A stretch of 64,000 nucleotides of DNA from positions 896,001 to 960,000 of the forward strand of contig JAXHMG010000003.1 of the NCBI GenBank assembly GCA_034521595.1, given 5' to 3'. This DNA comes from Gemmatimonadota bacterium. Its GTDB lineage: Bacteria; Gemmatimonadota; Gemmatimonadetes; Longimicrobiales; Gaopeijiaceae. This document shows positions 60,780 through 64,000 of this stretch, piece by piece. Under the pieces are notes generated by a model. The model saw only the letters and a program-made list of their open reading frames with translations, was not told where the DNA came from and searched no databases. Position 1 is the stretch's first letter. Each line of letters opens with the position of its first letter. The translations under genes and the position numbers were made by a program.

Positions 60780-63475
60780 GCCGCGTGAGCGGGTTCGTGT
60801 TCGGGCTGTTGCTCCGCGCCTTTCCGGCGGAGTTCCGGGCGCGGTACGGCGCCGGCATGCGCGAGACGTTCGCTGCGCGCTGGGAGGAGCACCGGGCGCT
60901 CGGGCTCCTCCGGCTCGCGGGCTTCATGACCCGTACGGCGGCGGACATGCTGGTCTCGGGGCTCCGCGAGCGCGTTCGTCCGACCGTGACGGCGCCCGGG
61001 GCGGGCGCGGGATGGACGGACCGGCTCGGGCAGGACCTCCGCTTCGCGGGGCGCACGCTGCGCAAGAGCCCGGGCTTCGCCACGGTGACGATCCTCACGC
61101 TCGGCCTCGGCATCGGGGGGGCGACCGCCCTCTTCAGCGTCGTCGAGGCGGTGCTGCTGCGTCCGCTACCCTTTGACGAACCCGAGCGTCTGGTGCGCCT
61201 CTGGGAGGGGGTCGAAGGAGGCCGCTCCTCCTTTTCCACGCTGAACTTCCGGGACGTGCGGGACCGGAGCCGCAGCTTCGAGGCCGTGGCGTCCTACGGG
61301 GTGGCCTCGACGCCCGTCTCGGTCGGGGGGCAGGTCTCGCGCGTCTCGGTGGGGTTCGTGTCCGAAGCGTTCTTCGACGTCTTTCGGGTCGAGCCGGTCC
61401 TCGGCCGCCGCATCACGTCCGAGGAATTCGCGACGGGGGCGCCGGTCGCCGTGGTGGCCGAGTCGTTCTGGCGCAGCCGGCTCGGGGCGGATCCGAACCT
61501 CGGCGCTACGCCCATCCGGAGTGGAGGCCAGGTCTACACGGTGGTCGGCGTCGCGCCGGACGGCACCGCCTTCCCGCGCGGTGCGGGTGTGTGGACGCCG
61601 CGCGATCCGCAGGTCGGCGAGTCCCGCACCGGGCACAACTGGCAGGTCGTGGGACGCCTGGCGCCCGGGGTGACGTTGGAGGCCGCCCGCACCGAGCTGA
61701 GCGCGATCGCGGCCGAGCTCGAGCAGCAGTACGGCGACGACACGGACATGGTCGCCGTGGTCGCGGCGCCGCTCCTCGAGCAGATGGTCGGCAGCGTGCG
61801 CCCGATGCTCCTGATCCTGCTCGGTGCCGCCGGTTTCCTGTTGGTCGTGGCGTGCGCGAACGTCACGAACCTCCTCCTCGCGCGCGGCGCGGCCCGCCGC
61901 ACCGAGGTCGCCGTGCGGCAGGCGGTGGGGGCGGGCCGGGGGAGGCTCGCCGGCCAGTTCCTCATCGAGGCGCTCGTCCTCTCCCTGGCCGGCGGCGCGC
62001 TCGGGCTCGTCCTGGCCACCCTCGGCGTCGACGCGCTGCTCGCGCTCGAGCCGGGCCAACTGCCGCGGGCCGACGAGGTGGGCGTCAATCTCCCCGTGCT
62101 CGCCTTCGCCCTCGGCGTCTCGTTCTTCACGGCGGCGGTCCTGGGGCTGCTCACCTCGTCGCGTACCGCCGACGACGAGGTCCATGCCGTGCTCGCCGAG
62201 TCCGGGCGTAGCCGCGCTGGAGGTGCTCGGACGCGGCGGGTCCGCAGCCTTCTCACGTCGCTCCAGGTGGCCATGACGCTCGTGCTGCTGGTGGGCGCGG
62301 GCCTGCTGGCGCAGAGCTTCCTGAGGCTGTCCGCGGTCGATCCCGGCTACCGCACGTCGGGCGCGCTCGTGATCGACGCCTACGTGCCGAGCTCGCGCAG
62401 CTTCGATCCCGACGCGGTCGGCGAGGACGCGCGCGGCGTGGCGCGCGTGCGCGACGTCCTGGTCGAGCGCCTCCGTGGCCTGCCCGGGGTCTCGGAGGTG
62501 GGCATCACAAACGCGTTTCCCCTCAGCGGCCGAGGGTCCAACGGCGGGTTCCTCGTCCTCGAGCGACCCGACGAGGTGACCGACATCGAGGGCTTCATTC
62601 GTCTCGCCCAAGAGGATCCCGCGCGCCTGGGGAACGCGGAGTACCGCATCGCCTCGACGGGCTACTTCCGGGCGATGGACATTCCGCTCGTCCGCGGAAG
62701 GCTCTTCGACGCGCGGGACGAGCCGGGCGCGCCCCACGCCGCCGTCGTCAGCGAGTCGCTCGCCGAGAGCCGCTGGCCGGGGGAGGACGCGATCGGCAAG
62801 ATCATCCAGTACGGAAACATGGACGGCGACATCCGGCCCTACACCGTCGTCGGCGTCGTCGGGGACACGCGCGACGACGGGCTCGACGCGGAGCCGAACC
62901 CGACGTTCTACGGCAACGCGCTCCAGAGGCCGGCTAGCCTGCGGGGGACGTTCTCCCTGGTGCTCGTGGGCGCCGACGTGGAGCGTCTGGGACCGGCCGT
63001 GCAGGCGGCCGTACGCGACGTCGCGCCGGACGTTCCGGTGCAGGTCCGCACCCTCGAGGACATCTTTTCCTCCTCCCTGGCGCAGCGCCGGTTCAGCCTC
63101 GTGCTGCTCGGGGCGTTCGCGCTCGTCGCGGTCCTGCTCGCGGTCACCGGCATCTACGGCGTGATCTCCTACCTCGTCGCGCAGCGCAGCCGGGAGTGGG
63201 CCATTCGACTGGCGTTCGGCGCCGGGCGGGTCGACATCGTGCGGCAGGTCCTCGTCGGCGGGCTCGCGCTCGTTGTCGCCGGCGTCGTGGTCGGCTCGGC
63301 GGTTGCCCTGGCGGCCACCCGCGTGCTGGAGGGCCTCCTCTACGGCGTCGCGGCGACGGACGCCTCGACGTTCATCGCCGTGGCGCTCCTGCTCACCGCG
63401 GTCTCACTGCTGGCCTCCTACGTGCCGGCCGCGCGGGCCACGCGCGTGGATCCTGCGCTGGCGATGCGGGAGTAG
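60776..63475 (+). CDS. ADOP-type duplicated ABC permease (MacB/FtsX domains)
   Basis: QDLRFAGRTLRKSPGF, LGIGGATALFS, VACANVTNLLLAR, GIYGVISY.V.QR.RE..IR.A.GA, PAARATRVDP. Confidence 0.93.
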   Translation: MSRVSGFVFGLLLRAFPAEFRARYGAGMRETFAARWEEHRALGLLRLAGFMTRTAADMLVSGLRERVRPTVTAPGAGAGWTDRLGQDLRFAGRTLRKSPGFATVTILTLGLGIGGATALFSVVEAVLLRPLPFDEPERLVRLWEGVEGGRSSFSTLNFRDVRDRSRSFEAVASYGVASTPVSVGGQVSRVSVGFVSEAFFDVFRVEPVLGRRITSEEFATGAPVAVVAESFWRSRLGADPNLGATPIRSGGQVYTVVGVAPDGTAFPRGAGVWTPRDPQVGESRTGHNWQVVGRLAPGVTLEAARTELSAIAAELEQQYGDDTDMVAVVAAPLLEQMVGSVRPMLLILLGAAGFLLVVACANVTNLLLARGAARRTEVAVRQAVGAGRGRLAGQFLIEALVLSLAGGALGLVLATLGVDALLALEPGQLPRADEVGVNLPVLAFALGVSFFTAAVLGLLTSSRTADDEVHAVLAESGRSRAGGARTRRVRSLLTSLQVAMTLVLLVGAGLLAQSFLRLSAVDPGYRTSGALVIDAYVPSSRSFDPDAVGEDARGVARVRDVLVERLRGLPGVSEVGITNAFPLSGRGSNGGFLVLERPDEVTDIEGFIRLAQEDPARLGNAEYRIASTGYFRAMDIPLVRGRLFDARDEPGAPHAAVVSESLAESRWPGEDAIGKIIQYGNMDGDIRPYTVVGVVGDTRDDGLDAEPNPTFYGNALQRPASLRGTFSLVLVGADVERLGPAVQAAVRDVAPDVPVQVRTLEDIFSSSLAQRRFSLVLLGAFALVAVLLAVTGIYGVISYLVAQRSREWAIRLAFGAGRVDIVRQVLVGGLALVVAGVVVGSAVALAATRVLEGLLYGVAATDASTFIAVALLLTAVSLLASYVPAARATRVDPALAMRE

Positions 63476-63477
63476 TG

Positions 63478-63510
63478 CGGGACGCGGAGATCACAGACTA
63501 CCATTCGTAG
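63478..63510 (+). pseudogene. Remnant 3' end of a HigB-type toxin
   Basis: Reads RDAEITDYHS*, like the HigB C-terminal 'VEIxDYH', directly upstream of higA. Confidence 0.55.
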
Positions 63511-63525
63511 GGGAGGAGCAGGAAT

Positions 63526-63849
63526 ATGGTCAGGGTCCCTACCCATAGAGCTCCGAGTCATCCCGGACAGATGTTGCTCCGGGAGTTCTTGGAGCCGCTG
63601 GAGATCACGCAGACCGAGTTGGCGGAACGGATGGAGATTCCGTTCCAGCGAATCAACAGCTTGGTGAATGGCCGACGAGGCATCACGCCGGATACGGCGC
63701 TGAGGCTGTCGAAGGTATTTGGCACGACACCGGGATTCTGGATGAACCACCAGCTTCGGTGGGAGTTGTTCCATGCGCAACGAGACGCGAAGGATGCCTT
63801 GAAGCGCATCAAGCCGATCCTGCGGCAGGACGTCTCAAGTACGGGATGA
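63526..63849 (+). CDS. higA: HigA-family antitoxin (XRE HTH)
   Basis: GGAGGAG RBS; HPGQML.EFLEPL.ITQ.ELA..RIN..VNGRRGITPDTALRL..FGTT..FW. Confidence 0.93.
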   Translation: MVRVPTHRAPSHPGQMLLREFLEPLEITQTELAERMEIPFQRINSLVNGRRGITPDTALRLSKVFGTTPGFWMNHQLRWELFHAQRDAKDALKRIKPILRQDVSSTG

Positions 63850-64000
63850 GCCGGCCGCAGGCACCTCCAGCCGGGCCCGGTCCCGCAGGTAGGGTGCGAC
63901 GACGGAATCATCCGCTCGGCCGGTCGCCACCTGCATGACGAGCGCGTAGAGCTCCTTTCCCGGCACGTGCAACGCCCGACCGTTCAAGTCGAGGAATACG
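63835..64000 (-). CDS. Doc/Fic-family toxin C-terminus (runs off window)
   Basis: VFLDLNG..L...ELYALVMQVATG..D..VA.YLR resembles the region after the Fic motif in death-on-curing proteins. Confidence 0.6.
   Translation of the reverse strand, partial: VFLDLNGRALHVPGKELYALVMQVATGRADDSVVAPYLRDRARLEVPAAGSSRT

Overview
High-GC bacterial chromosomal window. Gene content (SusC/SusD pair, PadR + ADOP permease, Ig/RCC1 surface proteins, tricorn protease, Bacteroidota-like AsmA and fused E1 dehydrogenase) suggests Gemmatimonadota or another FCB lineage; acidic proteins plus BCCT, NatAB-like and Na/Ca transporters suggest a saline habitat. Both are inferences. Housekeeping genes: hrpB, ychF, ispG, psd and a 2-oxoacid dehydrogenase E1. 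Main observations: (1) a hidden selenoprotein, a peroxiredoxin-like gene with an in-frame UGA in a UxxC motif and a SECIS-like hairpin (7021-7491, minus); (2) a BCCT transporter whose BetT-type C-terminal domain appears to be a separate gene; (3) an ~8 kb surface lipoprotein gene with ~21 Calx-beta/Ig-like repeats, whose middle is indel-ridden (probably consensus error), in an apparent TPR-adhesin-RCC1 operon; (4) a truncated S1 protease followed by two tandem beta-barrel paralogs that differ in predicted loops; (5) a shared ATACAT-N9-ATGTAT palindrome upstream of both PadR genes; (6) two secreted creatininase-family paralogs with altered metal ligands; (7) two zones of deletion-eroded pseudogenes and toxin-antitoxin remnants. 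No rRNA, tRNA or CRISPR array was recognised. All family calls are from motif recognition by eye, with no database searches.
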